DNA of 64,000 bases from Mantamonas sphyraenae STR306 (lineage: Eukaryota > Protista > CRuMs), in the NCBI GenBank assembly GCA_026936335.1, contig JAPMXV010000015.1, forward strand, positions 248,001-312,000. The letters are read 5' to 3'. The notes below the pieces were generated by a model. The model was not told where the DNA came from and did no database searches. It saw only the letters and a list, made by a program, of their open reading frames with translations. Shown in pieces: positions 40,297 to 53,692 of this stretch (positions are counted from its first letter, which is position 1; each line of letters opens with the position of its first letter). Position numbers and translations under genes: made by a program.

Positions 40297-41188
40297 ATGG
40301 ATGGCTCGGTGAGTGTATTCCCACTGTCTCCATCGTCCTCAAGCGGTGTTCCTCTTCATAACTCCGCCCTGCTCACAGCGCGTCCCCCTTCCTTCCCCCA
40401 AACCCCAACACCCGCCATCAGGTTCAACTGGGCAACACCCCAGGCACACGCAATGGCATTGACGATCTCGATGCATACGAAGGTGAGTGGCTTCCCTTGC
40501 TTTGTGACGGGGAGGCGTTTGAAACACATCCACTCACACCGCCCATCTTCTTTCTTCTTCTTTCGGACTCAAAGACGACCACCACCAGCCCGAAAAGATC
40601 CTTATATTCAGCCAGCCCCGAGGTGAGTGAGTGGGATCCACCTCCTCGTCGAGTGTGGTGTGCCCTTGGCCCTGGCAGGAAGCAAAGGTCCCTGTCGTCG
40701 CGCGTTTTCCCTCGACGAAACGGCTGACACGAGCGGTGTACCTCGCCATGCCCGCAGTGCTTACCATGCACGAGAGCGAAGTGAACACACGCACACGCAC
40801 CTTCTACTTTTTGCTTGTGCTCAACATCATCACCAGCACCTACCAGTTTGTGTGGGCTCTCAATCTCTTTGGCGTGGCTGGACTCTTTTACGGCACCAAT
40901 CCGCTCGACGGTGGCGTGGGAGCTGCCCAGAACAGCTACGTGGGCTACGTCGTCTACCTTGCTACCCTCCTTGTCTTCCTCTGTGGCTTGGTGGGCATCC
41001 GCTTTTTCAACAGACGCTACGTGGCTCTCTTCCTCGTTGGTCTCGTCGGTCTCATTGTCCTCCAGCTCACGCGCATCACCGCCATCCGCGACATCATTGC
41101 CGTTATCTTCCTCGCGGCCCAGTGGTCTTTCACACGTGGCATCCATCAAGACATCTCCTCGACGTGGGTCACAGCAAACGCACGCTGA
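40297..41188 (+). CDS. Hypothetical multi-pass membrane protein, several short 5' exons
   Basis: GTGAGT donors near 40309, 40483 and 40623; the last exon encodes ~4 hydrophobic helices. Confidence 0.5.
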
Positions 41189-41274
41189 ATGCCTGCTCTG
41201 CGCACTGTGTGTCTCCTTCTGCTCCATTCTGCGACTCCGTCTCCCTCCCTCGCTCCATCCCTCTGTCTCCCTCT

Positions 41275-43974
41275 CTACTTGATGGCTGCCAACGCCGCCG
41301 CCCGCATGGCTTCGTAATCGTCGTCGTCGTCGTCGTCGTAGTACGACTTTTTCACGGGTTTCCTCTCGTTGGAACGCGGCGTCTGACCCGAGCCGCTTCC
41401 CGCATGGGCCCTGCCGATGTTGGGACTCGATGTGGGCGACGAGTTGTTGCTCGCCAGACTCGATGACGAACGACCACGTTGCAACTGCTGCGCAAGGTTG
41501 TTGTTCCCTCCGCTGCCTCCTGAACTCCCGCCTGCGCTGCCGCTTGTGCTGCTACCACCTGTGCTGCCACTACCGACACCGCCGCTGCTGCTGCTACTGC
41601 TGCTGCCGCTGCTGTTCCCAGCGCCCATGTCCGACGTGTCGACGCCATCGAAGCCGGTCACCATGTTGGCTTCGCTTTCGTCCACGTCTTCGCCCACCTT
41701 GCCTCCCGAGCTCACCAGCATTTCTGCAATGGAGTTGTGCTTCTTCTTCCACGCGTAGTTCAGCGGCGTCTGGTTCTTGTTGTCTGTGATGTTGAGCAGC
41801 GCTCCTTCGTCCAGCAGCTGCTCCACCAGATTCTCAAAACCCATCAACGACGCGTAGTGCAGCGGCGTCATGCCCTTTTTGTCCTTTGCGTTCAGGTCGG
41901 CGCCGTGCACAAGCATCAGGAACAGAAGACGCTGGTCGCCACTGTGGCATGCAATGTGCAACGGTTGCATCTGCACCGACCCCGACGGCTGGTTCACCTC
42001 ACTGTGGTGGTTGAGCAGGTATGCCGCCATGCGGTCGTTGCCCTTGCTCACCGCAATGTGCAGCGGTGTCATGCCCTTGTCGTTCACGCTGTTCACGTTT
42101 GCTCCCTCCTCGACCAGAAACACCGCGTAGCGGTAGAAAAAGTCTTCGTTCACGTGCTCCAACGCAAGATGCAACATGCTCAACCCGGTCACGGTCGTCG
42201 CCAGCGGGTCCGCTCCACATTCGGTCAGCAGCGTCACACACACCTCGTTGCCTGACTCCAACGCACAGTGCAACGGTGTCAAGCCGATGGCGTTGCGTGC
42301 GTCCAGCTTGGCCCCGGCCAGGATCAGCACCCTGCAGATCTGGTCGTCCCCCTGCCGTGCCGCCACGTGCATCGCTGTGTTTCCGTCCAGGTTGCGTGCA
42401 TCCACACGTGCCCTGTTGCGAAGCAGGATGGTCACCATGTCCACCAGTCCGCCTTGACATGCCTTGTGCAAAGCCGTGTTCCCGCTTGTGTCGCGTTTGT
42501 TTGGCCGTGCCCCCATTGCCAGCAGCATGTCTGTGATCCGCTCTGCCCCGGACACCACCGCGTTGTGCAACGCTGTGCATCCGTTCTCGTCCTTGATGTC
42601 CAACTCTGCTCCAGCGGCCAGCAGCGCCTCCACAACCGCGTCGTGTTGCGACCGAGCCGCAAAGTGCAACGGTGTGTGACCCTGTGTCGAGATGGCATTC
42701 ACCTCTGCACCGTGTTCAATCAACACCTCTGCCAGACGACCAAACCCAGAGCGACTGGCCAGATGCAATGGCGTCTCTTCGTTCTGGTTCAGCGCGTTCA
42801 CGTTGCCTCCGCGTTCCAGCAGCAACAAGGCCACATTCTCGTGTCCCTTGTCGCAGCACGCGTGCATGGGTGTCAACTTTTCCACTTCTACGTTTGGATC
42901 CGTGCCCTTGTCCAGAAAGTCCCGCACCTCGTCCTCTTTGCCCTGTCGAGCACACCACCAGATGGTGTCTCGCCCGTACTTGGCACTCTTCACCATCTTT
43001 CCTTGGTTCTTCACCATCTTGATTGCTGTCATCCACGAGTTCATGTCCGCCTCGTTGTCTGCCACAATCTCATAGTCTCGGCCACGCGTCACAATCGTAA
43101 AGTTAAATTCGTTGCTCTTGCCCCCCGTCTGCGTCACGGACGTGATGTCACGCACCATCACATACCCCAGCGGCTTCTCGTCCTCTGGCTTGTCAAAGTA
43201 CAACAGGTAGTTCTGGTTGAGCACAAACCATCGTCGCTTCCACGACTTGAATCGGTTGCCTTGTTTTTTCAGCCAGCCCTCCTTCTCCTTCTTTCCGTGC
43301 GTCGGATCCGTCTACGGGTGGCCACATCAAACAACCTCGCCTGCGTCAGCCACATGCCACTCTCATTCCCCACACTCTCTGCCTCCTTGCCGCGCCCCAC
43401 ACCTCTACAAGGGCCGCAAACCGGGCGCAAACGTACGGAATGGACGCGCTTGCTCAACACCAGCTTCACAGTGCGCTCGATGGCCGTCATCCAGTCGTTC
43501 AAGTCCTTCTCGTTGTCTGCGATCAGGGTCCACACGCGGCCCGGCGTCACCAGTTGGAAGCACAAAGGCGACACATACGGATCCACAGCAACCTGAAGAA
43601 GCACGGGGGTGCAAGGGCCGGCGAAAATTCGGGAAGAGGGCCGTGTCAGGATCTGTACCAAAAACGGCTCTATGCGTCGCTGCATCGCATCTCCCGCTCT
43701 CCCTTTCCTACCTTTTGGATCTCCTTGAGTGGTACCTCGCCCAGCTCTTTGCCCATCTGTGGCGAGGGCGTGTGGCGACGGCAGCGTTAGCAGGGGAAGC
43801 GGTGGGTGATTCGAGCGCTCGAAAACGCAGGCGCCAACCAAGACATACCGGCTTGTCGTAGTACTTGAGGCTGTCCTCACGAAGCACCATGTAGCGCTTC
43901 TTCCAGCCCTTCCACTTGGCGCCGGCTTGTTTGGACACAAAGCCCTTCATGACGACATTGTCTGTGGACGACAT
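41275..43974 (-). CDS. PH-PH-ankyrin repeat protein, multi-exon
   Basis: Two PH domains (KGWKKRYMVL; KSWKRRWFVL...W) followed by ~12 ankyrin repeats (TPLHLA, TPLHFA, TALHNA...). Confidence 0.88.
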
Positions 43975-44055
43975 GGCGGCGGGTGGGAGGAGAGTTTGGC
44001 GCAACGAGCGCCGGGAGGAGCACTCGATCGGTTTTCGTCAGCAAGAGGTCACGCC

Positions 44056-47000
44056 ATGTCACGGGCGTACACACAGGGTCAGCAAAGTCAAGGACAGGGG
44101 GCGAAGGAGGGCGGGATTGTGGTGCCGAAGCAGTATGCGTGGGTGGAAACGTGGATTCTGAACGATCAGGAAGTGCAGCTGTACTGCGGGGACTTTGTAC
44201 AAGCCACGGGCAGTTGGGACGCAAAGATGTCTGGACAGCAGGCAGCACAGTTTTTGCAGAGCACAGGGGTGCCTGCACAGGTGCTTGGTCACATTTGGTA
44301 AGTGGCAGAGGCGCCAGAGGGAAAAGTGGGGTGGCGCAGCAGGAAAAGGGACGCGCGCAGAGAACGCTCGCCATTGCGTGAATGTTGGCAGGGTTAGGAA
44401 ACGAGAGAGGGCTCCAAGCGGCAGGGCGTGGATGGCATACAGGAGAGTGGGTGTCATGGCTTGCTAACAGCCAGCGATGGGACACACAGGGAACTCAGTG
44501 ACGTGGATCAGGACGGAGCAATGACGGTGGGGGAGTTTTGTCTGGCGTTTCACATGCTCAACCGTTACCGATTCAAGGGAGAGGTGCCACCGAACCAGCT
44601 GCCAGCAAACTGGGCTCCACCCATGCCAGAGACAACGTGGGAGGTGAGCGAAAACGACAAAAAGCGATACGAGGGGATGTACCGAGAGTGGTACCAACAT
44701 GCGGGCCAGGGACACGTGGAGTACGGCCTGTTTCCGGGACAAGCAGCCATGCAATATTTCAGTCAGTTTGGAGTGAATCAGATGTGGCTGGGACAAATTT
44801 GGCATCTGTGCGATCGGGATCAGAACGGCGTGCTCGATGCGGACGAATTTGTGCTTGCGATGAAGTTGGTGGAGGTCGCACTCGCTGGGGTGGCGCCACC
44901 GGAGGAGCTCCCGTCCGGGTGGGTTGTGGAGAAAGAAGCAAAAGAGAAGCGCAAGAAAGCGGACCATGATTTCGGAGGACTGGCGGCAGAGATGGCCGGC
45001 GAGGTGTTTGGGGAGCACAATGTGAAGGGAACCAAGTTTGATAGGGAGAGATATAACAAGGGACAGAGTGGATGGGAGAAACCAGGCGGGAAAAAGGATG
45101 AGAAAGGGCAGGTGAGGAAGCAGGGAACTGGCGATGGCTGGGGACAAGGAAACATCCAGCAGCAGCAGCAGCAACGTGGAGGGATGCAGCAGCAGTTTAC
45201 TGGAGATGGTTGGGGACAAGGGAACAACCAGCAGCAGCAGCAACGTGGAGGGATGCAGCAGCAGTTTACTGGAGATGGTTGGGGACAAGGGAACAACCAG
45301 CAGCAACAACGTGGAGGGATGCAGCAGCAGTTTACTGGAGATGGTTGGGGACAAGGAAACAACCAGCAGCAGCAGCAGCAACGTGGAGGGATGCAGCAGC
45401 AGTTTACTGGAGATGGTTGGGGACAAGGAAACAACCAGCAGCAGCAGCAACGTGGAGGGATGCAGCAGCAGTTTACTGGAGATGGTTGGGGACAAGGAAC
45501 AACAACCAGCAGCAGCAGCAACGTGGAGGGATGCAGCAGCAGTTTACTGGAGATGGTTGGGGACAAGGGAACAACCAGCAACAGCAGCAACGTGGAGGGT
45601 TGCAGCAGCAGTTTACTGGAGATGGTTGGGGACAAGGGAACAACCAGCAGCAACAACGTGGAGGGATGCAGCAGCAGTTTACTGGAGATGGTTGGGGACA
45701 AGGGAACAACCAGCAGCAGCAGCAACGTGGAGGGATGCAGCAGCAGTTTACTGGAGATGGTTGGGGACAAGGGAACAACCAGCAGCAGCAGCAGCAACGT
45801 GGCGGGATGCAGCAGCAGTTTACTGGAGATGGTTGGGGACAAGGGAACAACCAGCAGCAGCAGCAGCAACGTGGAGGGATGCAGCAGCAGTTTACTGGAG
45901 ATGGTTGGGGACAAGGGAACAACCAGCAGCAGCAGCAGCAACGTGGAGGGTTGCAGCAGCAGTTTACTGGAGATGGTTGGGGACAAGGGAACAACCAGCA
46001 GCAGCAGCAACGTGGCGGGATGCAGCAGCAGTTTACTGGAGATGGTTGGGGACAAGGGAACAACCAGCAGCAGCAGCAACGTGGAGGGATGCAGCAGCAG
46101 TTTACTGGAGATGGTTGGGGACAAGGGAACAACCAGCAGCAGCAGCAACGTGGAGGGTTGCAGCAGCAGTTTACTGGAGATGGTTGGGGACAAGGGAACA
46201 ACCAGCAGCAGCAGCAACGTGGAGGGATGCAGCAGCAGTTTACTGGAGACGGTTGGGGACAAGGGAACAACCAGCAACAGCAGCAACCGCAGCAGAACAC
46301 TTCCCAAAACAGCTTTGGGGGTGGATTTGATGGTGGTTTTGATGCGTTCGGGTCGAACAACAACGAGCAGCAGCAACCGCAGCAGCAGAACACTTCACAA
46401 AGCAGCTTTGGGGGTGGGTTCGATGGTGGATTTGACGGTGGCTTTGATGCATTCGGGTCGAACAACGACGAGCAGCAGCAACCGCAGCAGCAGCAGAACA
46501 CTTCACAAAGCAGCTTTGGGGGTGGATTTGATGGTGGCTTTGATGCGTTCGGGTCGAACAACAACGAGCAACAGCAGCAGCAGCAGCAGAAGGCATCCCA
46601 GAGCTCCTTCGACGGTGGCTTTGATGCATTCGGGTCTAACAACAACGAGCAGCAGCAACCGCAGCAGCAGAAGGCATCTCAGAGCTCCTTCGATGGTGGC
46701 TTTGATGCGTTCGGTTCGAACAACAACGAGCAGCAGCAGCAACAGCAGCAGAAGGCATCCCAAAGCTCGTTTGACGGGGGCTTTGATGCATTCGGGTCGA
46801 ACAACAACGAGCAACCGCAACCGCAGCAGCAGAAGGCATCTCAGAGCTCGTTTGACGGTGGCTTTGATGCGTTCGGTTCGAACAACAACGAGCAGCAGCA
46901 CCGCAACAGCAGAAGGCATCTCAGAGCTCGTTTGACGGTGGCTTTGATGCGTTCGGTTCGAACAACAACGAGCAGCAGCAACCGCAGCAGCAGCAGCAGA

Positions 47001-49431
47001 ACACTTCACAAAGCAGCTTTGGGGGTGGGTTCGATGGTGGATTTGATGGTGGTTTTGATGCGTTCGGTTCGAACAACAACGAGCAGCAGCAGCAACAGCA
47101 GCAGAAGGCATCCCAAAGCTCGTTTGACGGGGGCTTTGATGCATTCGGGTCGAACAACAACGAGCAACCGCAACCGCAGCAGCAGAAGGCATCCCAAAGC
47201 TCGTTTGACGGTGGCTTTGATGCGTTCGGTTCGAACAACAACGAGCAGCAGCAACCGCAGCAGCAGAAGGCATCCCAAAGCTCGTTTGACGGTGGCTTTG
47301 ATGCATTCGGGTCGAACAACAACGAGCAGCAGCAACCGCAGCAGCAGAAGGCATCTCAGAGCTCGTTTGACGGTGGCTTTGATGCGTTCGGTTCGAACAA
47401 CAGCGAGCAGCAGCAACCACAGCAGCAGAAGGCATCCCAAAGCTTGTTTGACGGGGGCTTTGATGCATTCGGGTCGAACAACAACGAGCAGCAGCAACCG
47501 CAGCAGCAGAAGGCATCCCAGAGCTCCTTCGATGGTGGCTTTGATGCATTCGGTTCGAACAACAACGAGCAGCAGCAACCGCAGCAGCAGAAGGCATCTC
47601 AGAGCTCGTTCGATGGTGGCTTTGATGCATTCGGGTCGAACAACAACGAGCAGCAGCAACCGCAGCAGCAGAAGGCATCTCAGAGCTCGTTCGATGGTGG
47701 CTTTGATGCATTCGGTTCGAACAACAACGAGCAGCAGCAACCGCAGCAGCAGAAGGCATCTCAGAGCTCGTTCGATGGTGGCTTTGATGCGTTCGGTCTA
47801 GCAACAACGAGCAGCAGCAACCGCAGCAGCAGAAGGCATCTCAGAGCTCGTTCGATGGTGGCTTTGATGCATTCGGGTCTAGCAACAACGAGCAGCAGCA
47901 GCAGCAGCAGAAGGCATCCCAGAGCTCGTTCGATGGTGGCTTTGATGCATTCGGTCTAGCAACAACGAGCAGCAGCAACCGCAGCAGCAGAAGGCATCTC
48001 AGAGCTCGTTTGACGGTGGCTTTGATGCGTTCGGTTCGAACAACAACGAGCAGCAGCAACCGCAGCAGCAGAAGGCATCTCAGAGCTCGTTCGATGGTGG
48101 CTTTGATGCATTCGGGTCGAACAACAACGAGCAGCAGCAGCAGCAGCAGAAGGCATCCCAGAGCTCCTTCGATGGTGGCTTTGATGCATTCGGTTCGAAC
48201 AACAACGAGCAGCAGCAGCCAGCAGCAGCAGAAGGCATCTCAGAGCTCGTTTGAGGTGGCTTTGATGCAACACTTCGAACAACAGCGAGCAGCAGCAACC
48301 ACAGCAGCAGAAGGCATTTGAAGCTCGTTTGACGGTGGCTTTGATGCGTTCGGTTCGAGCAACAACGACGCAGCAGCAGCAACCGCAGCAGCAGAAGGCA
48401 TCCCAGAGCTCCTTCGATGGTGGCTTTGATGCATTCGGTCTAACAACAACGAGCAGCAGCAGCCGCAGCAGCAGAAGGCATCTCAGAGCTCGTTCGATGG
48501 TGGCTTTGATGCGTTCGGTTCGAACAACAACGAGCAGCAGCAGCAACAGCAGCAGAAGGCATCCCAAAGCTCGTTTGACGGGGGCTTTGATGCGTTCGGG
48601 TCGAACAACAACGAGCAGCAGCAACCGCAGCAGCAGAAGGCATCCCAAAGCTCCTTCGATGGTGGTTTTGATGCGTTCGGGTCGAACAACAACGAGCAAC
48701 CGCAACCGCAGCAGCAGAAGGCATCTCAGAGCTCCTTCGACGGTGGCTTTGATGCGTTCGGTTCTAGCAACAACGAGCAGCAGCAGCAACAGCAGCAGAA
48801 GGCATCTCAGAGCTCCTTTGATGGTGGCTTTGATGCATTCGGGTCTAGCAACAACGAGCAGCAGCAACCGCAGCAGCAGAAGGCATCTCAGAGCTCCTTC
48901 GATGGTGGTTTTGATGCATTCGGGTCTAGCAACAACGAGCAGCAGCAACCGCAGCAGCAGAAGGCATCTCAGAGCTCCTTCGACGGTGGCTTTGATGCAT
49001 TCGGGTCGAGCAACAACGAGCAGCAGCAACAGCAGCAGCAGAAGGCATCTCAAAGCTCGTTTGACGGGGGCTTTGATGCATTCGGGTCGAACAACCAGCA
49101 GACGTCGTCGAAACAAGCCAACGTCAATCCCTCAACCACGAGCAAATCACCTGCGTCCTTCAAACACGGGACGGACACACCGCTCACGAACAGGAGCCAG
49201 GAAGCGAAGAAGGATGCTTCATTTGACCCTTTCGCTACCTCGACGTCGTCGACGATGTCCTCAGCCAGCGCCAAGTCCGCCGCGCCGTTCAATCCTTTTG
49301 GAGCGCCAACCCCTCCCAAAGCATCTACCGCATCCTCGGACAGCGAACCCTTCAATCCATTCGCAAACAGCGCGCCCGCAAAGCAAGCTAAGCCCCAGCC
49401 TGCATCAGCCCCGTTCAACCCCTTTGCCTGA
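44056..49431 (+). CDS. EH-domain endocytic scaffold (Pan1/Eps15/intersectin-like) with long repeat region; frameshifts within the repeats
   Basis: Two EH domains (LGHIW|ELSDVDQDGAMTVGEFCLAFH; LGQIWHLCDRDQNGVLDADEFVLAM), an intron at ~44298-44489, and C-terminal DPF/NPF motifs ending PFNPFA*. Confidence 0.8.
45120..46280 (+). repeat. Coding tandem repeat, ~16 x 66-72 bp (RGG[M/L]QQQFTGDGWGQGNNQn)
   Basis: Directly visible; units vary mainly in CAG number. Confidence 0.95.
46280..49100 (+). repeat. Coding tandem repeat, ~30+ x ~81 bp (SNNNEQQQPQQQKASQSSFDGGFDAFG)
   Basis: Directly visible; several indels shift the frame. Confidence 0.95.
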
Positions 49432-49512
49432 AAGGTACCTGTAGAACACCCGTCTTTTTTGATTCAAACCATATTACATACACAGACCCCACAACACACA
49501 TTTTCGGTTCAA

Positions 49513-50610
49513 TCAAAATTTACTCACCGACAGACCACCGACCAATGTCCCGTCAGATGAATCATTCCAGCTGATGGTCGATGCGATTCGATCGCTGCTG
49601 CTTGTTGTATATCCAACTGCGAGGCTCGGAGTGCGATGGGCCCAGTGCACATGGATGACATCGTCCTCTGAGGCCGCGTCGACAACAATCAGCCCAGCGT
49701 TTGCGCCGCTCGTGTCCAGTGCCTGTTCAACGGCCTGGCTACCATGTACAGCCAGGCATGTACGCAATGCCAGCTGTGCACGCATGATATCCTCGCCCGT
49801 GCCTGTACACGACACCCCAACTCCGTTTTCTGCCCACACTCCCGCTCCGGGAAAGCCGGCCTCTCCCACACGCCCGCTTTGCTTCAGCCACAAGCCCCCC
49901 GACGAAACTGCTGCCGCTACACGTCCCTCGGAGTCCACACAAACAGCACCCACCGTGTCGTGATCTCCATGAAGCGTGTTGCTTGTCTCGCCCTCCTTCT
50001 CACCACCCAACCTACTACTTGTGCTACTGCTGGAGCTGCTGCTCTCTACACGTTGGCGTTTGGTGGCCTGGGCTCTGTCTTTGTCCCTTGCGTCCTCGTT
50101 GCCCTCCTCTTCCTCCTCCAACTTGCGCTTGTACTGCATCCACCGCACCTTTTGCTGAGCGGTGACGAGCGACGTTTGAGCAACCACACTTCCCTGTGCC
50201 ATCCTGTCCTTGGACGCCCACTGCAGCGCCGCTTCCCCTGCCATCATGATGGGTGGCACCAATTGCCTGTGTGGTGGGTTGCGCTGAGCCTCCAGCAACG
50301 CAGCCACCAGTTCGGTTGGGTTCTGAATGTTGGGTACCGCTCCCACAGCTGCCATTTCACACGATGGAGCCAACATGAGAGCAGCATCCACTTCCACGTG
50401 TCCCTCCATGGTCAGATTGCTTCCCACTCCTGCGTTTGTGCTTGGATCATCTTCCAACACACGCATGGCCACCCGTACAATCCCCTCGGGCGTTGCCTCC
50501 CCACCCAATGCCTGAGCTGCCTTACATGCTTTCTTCATGACCTGTACATGTGCCTTGCCCTCCTGTTCTCCATGTCTACCTGCACCTGTGTGCACCACCA
50601 GCACCCACAT
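49513..50610 (-). CDS. TASP1: Threonine aspartase 1 (taspase-1, Ntn-hydrolase)
   Basis: VHTGAG, LEDDPSTNAGVGSNLT, autocleavage site D/TVGAVCVD, SSGGLWLKQSGRVG, TGTGE. Confidence 0.88.
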   Translation of the reverse strand: MWVLVVHTGAGRHGEQEGKAHVQVMKKACKAAQALGGEATPEGIVRVAMRVLEDDPSTNAGVGSNLTMEGHVEVDAALMLAPSCEMAAVGAVPNIQNPTELVAALLEAQRNPPHRQLVPPIMMAGEAALQWASKDRMAQGSVVAQTSLVTAQQKVRWMQYKRKLEEEEEGNEDARDKDRAQATKRQRVESSSSSSSTSSRLGGEKEGETSNTLHGDHDTVGAVCVDSEGRVAAAVSSGGLWLKQSGRVGEAGFPGAGVWAENGVGVSCTGTGEDIMRAQLALRTCLAVHGSQAVEQALDTSGANAGLIVVDAASEDDVIHVHWAHRTPSLAVGYTTSSSDRIASTISWNDSSDGTLVGGLSVSKF

Positions 50611-50754
50611 CGGAACCAAACCAGCAACCTTGTCTCGCCGATCGCTGCGCACCGCACCATCCACCCACACCCACACCCACACCCACAGGTGTGTTCCCTG
50701 TTCCCTGCTCGCTCTCCACCAATCCGTGTGCTTGAACACCATCCCCGTCTTCCT

Positions 50755-51865
50755 TCATTCATTTGCTTCCTCCAATGCATCCTGCACCATCATCTCGCCT
50801 GTCGTGCTCAGCTGTACACAGATCTCCCTAGCAAACGAGGCAATCGTTTGATCGGTCATCATGGCCGGGTTGATCCCGGTCTGCTTCAGTTCCGTCAGCA
50901 GTTCCGCAATCAGCGTCTCTGCCGTCCTTCCTGCCAGCAGCACACCCTTGCTCCCATCCTCACTTCCCTCCTTTCCCAGTTGTTGTTGTTGTTGTTGTGC
51001 CTCCTTTGCCTTGGCCGCCTTCTTCTCCTCCAGTTCCTCCAAGAACGACTTGAGCTGATCCAACAGCTTCTTTGCCGTGGGCCTTCGCCGTGCCTGCTTC
51101 TGCAGACACGCCTGCATGATGGCCACCAGCTCCTCCCCGGCCATCTCCGAATCATACTCCAGCGGTGGAAACTCGGCCTCGCTCTCCTTGATCATGGCAA
51201 TCTGTGCATACATGTTGGTGTGCTCAAACGGCTTCCTGCCGTACACCATCTCGTACAGGATGCAGCCCAACGACCAGATGTCTGTGCTCATGCGCAGCTT
51301 CTCCTTCTCAAACGCCTCTGGGGACATGTAGGAAATGGTGCCTGTGCACTGTTCCTGGATCACCGACGTCTTGTCGTCCATGATCTGCTTGCTGATGCCA
51401 AAGTCAATCAGCTTCAGGGTGCGTCCCACATACACAAAGTTGGCCGGCTTCAGATCCCTATGGATGATGCTCTCCTCATGGATGGTGCCACTGCCTCCAG
51501 CATGGCCTGCCACACCGCAAAGATCGTCTCTACATCCTTGATGCTGTTGTCCTCCACGTCCCGCCTTCGCTTCAGCTCCGTGCGCAGGTCGTCGCCACCC
51601 AGCTCCAGTACCATGTACAGGAATCCGTCCTGCTTCTCCTCGCAGTCCACAAGTTGGATGATGTTGGCACACCCACGCAGCTTGTGCAGCGTGTCGATTT
51701 CCTCCTTCAAGGCACTCACGTCGCTGTCCTTCAGTTGCACCTTTTTCAGGGCATAATCCACCCCGTCGGCTCCACGTGCACGGTACACCATGCTGGAACC
51801 CCCCTTGCCAATCTTGGCTTGCAGTTCGTACTCCTCCCCATTCACTGTCAAGCGAGGACGTCGTT

Positions 51866-51896
<31 letters not shown>

Positions 51897-52197
51897 TCGA
51901 ACTGACGAAGACGTTGTGTTCACACTGGTGTTGCTGGTGTTGCTGCTGGAGTGCATGTCCTCCACACTCTTGCTGCGTCCCATGGGTCCACCAACACCAC
52001 CCCGTCGGTGCTCATGATGGCTGCTCCCCTGGCTCCCATGGCTGCTCTCGCTTCCACCACTGTCCCTTCGTGTCGTGCTCTTGTCCCCTTCCTGGTCCTC
52101 TCCGTCCTCCTCTGCATCCATCCTCTTCCTTTGACGTTGCTTTTCGTGTTCATCACTCCTGCGCTTGGGCCGTCCTGCCAGTTTGGATGTGGCTCTG

Positions 52198-52237
<40 letters not shown>

Positions 52238-53214
52238 ACATGGATCCAATCCCTGCCACTTGCCCTTGCTGTTCGTATCCCTCTGTCGTCGTCGTCACCT
52301 TCCTGTTTGCCATCCTCGCTGCCGTTGCCGTTGTCGTGGTGGTGGTGGTGGTGGTATGTCCCATGTCCATCTCCTCCACCTGTTGCTTCAACTCCTCTGT
52401 TCGTGCTTTGCGTCGTTCCATCCTCTTCCTCTCCTCCTCCTCCTTCTGTGTCCGTTCCACCTCCTCCAATTTGCGTTCGCTCTCAGAGGTGGTTGCCCGC
52501 GTTGCCTTGGTCAATGACAACCCCGTCAACCTCATCCTGTTGCGTGTCTTTCGTGACCCTCGCTTCCCATTCACAGAGTCTGGCACATCTTTGGGAAGGT
52601 GCACCTTGTCCATCGTTCGCGAGCGTGCCTTTTCCGTCTTTCCCGTCGTATGGAACCCCGTTGCCTTGGCCAATGCCTCGTGCTCTTGTGCACTCCTGCG
52701 TGAGCTGGCCTTGGCTGCAGAGAGCGGTCCAAACCGGCGCATCGTTTCCTTCAGGCTGCTTTCCTCGTCGTCGGCCTCCCCCCCATTCTTCGTCTCGTCT
52801 GCGCTTCCGCCAAATACCTGTGTGTGGCCCGGTATCGTCATGTATGGAACCACCGAAGCATAAGAACATGGTGTCGTGCCCACGTGTGTGCGTATGCAGC
52901 AGGTTTGAAGAGTGTGCATGAGTGTGTTTGTGTGTCAGCGACTTGACGGGTGGCAGAGATGAACTTTTTGACCGTTTGCGGGAATTGGCGCCAGAAGAGC
53001 GAAAACTCACCTTTGCTCCTTTGATGGGGGTTTTGTAATCCATGTTGTCACTGCCGAGTCGCATGTTGTTCCTGTTGGCCAGTTGGGACACACCTGCGTG
53101 TGCATACCTCCTCTCGAATCCCGCAAGCGGGGTTTTTGCCTCGCGTGCCACTCGCGATGTTGCTGCTGACGGCGTCAGCAGATTCTCCTGGTCTTGGCTC
53201 GCTACGTATGCCAT
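50755..53214 (-). CDS. Mps1/TTK-like protein kinase; intron 53010-52818; apparent frameshift near 51487
   Basis: VNGEEYELQAKIGKGGSSMVY, WQAMLEAV, HRDLKPANFVYVGRTLKLIDFGIS, GTISYMSPE, DIWSLGCILYEMVYGRKPF, all characteristic of the Mps1 family. Confidence 0.8.
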
Positions 53215-53240
53215 GTTGTCGTCAAAGATGAATGGTGCAA

Positions 53241-53273
<33 letters not shown>

Positions 53274-53692
53274 CTGTGTGTGTATGAAGAGTTCGTGGTG
53301 TGTGTCTGCACGGACGACGACGATTTGGCTTGGCGACTGTAGCGCTGCCGCAGGCAGAGGCAATCAATTCCTCGCGCAACACAGTGTACGTGTTTGCTTC
53401 TGTGTTCTTCTCTCTCTCCCTCTCTCTCTCTCTGTGATTGTGTGTGTGTGCTTCGTCCATGTTTGTTCCCTTCGAGACAACAGCTTTGCAACATCAAAAC
53501 AAGCTTGCAAGTGTCGCCCTTGAATCGTGCTCCCTGCGTGTGCCCCTGTCCATATCTCTTCTTTATGCCACATGTGTCTTTTGTATGTATGCTTTTCCGA
53601 TGCAGGTCTACCATCACTGGATGACAGTCCCAATGCCCTGTGTTTCCCCGCCACCTGTCCAGAAGCTCACTCCGAGATCAGACGCTTTTCGA

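Noticed and set aside
45120-49100. Regular repeats resembling a CRISPR array
   Set aside because: No unique spacers; the units are in-frame coding repeats of an EH-domain gene, and no cas genes are present.
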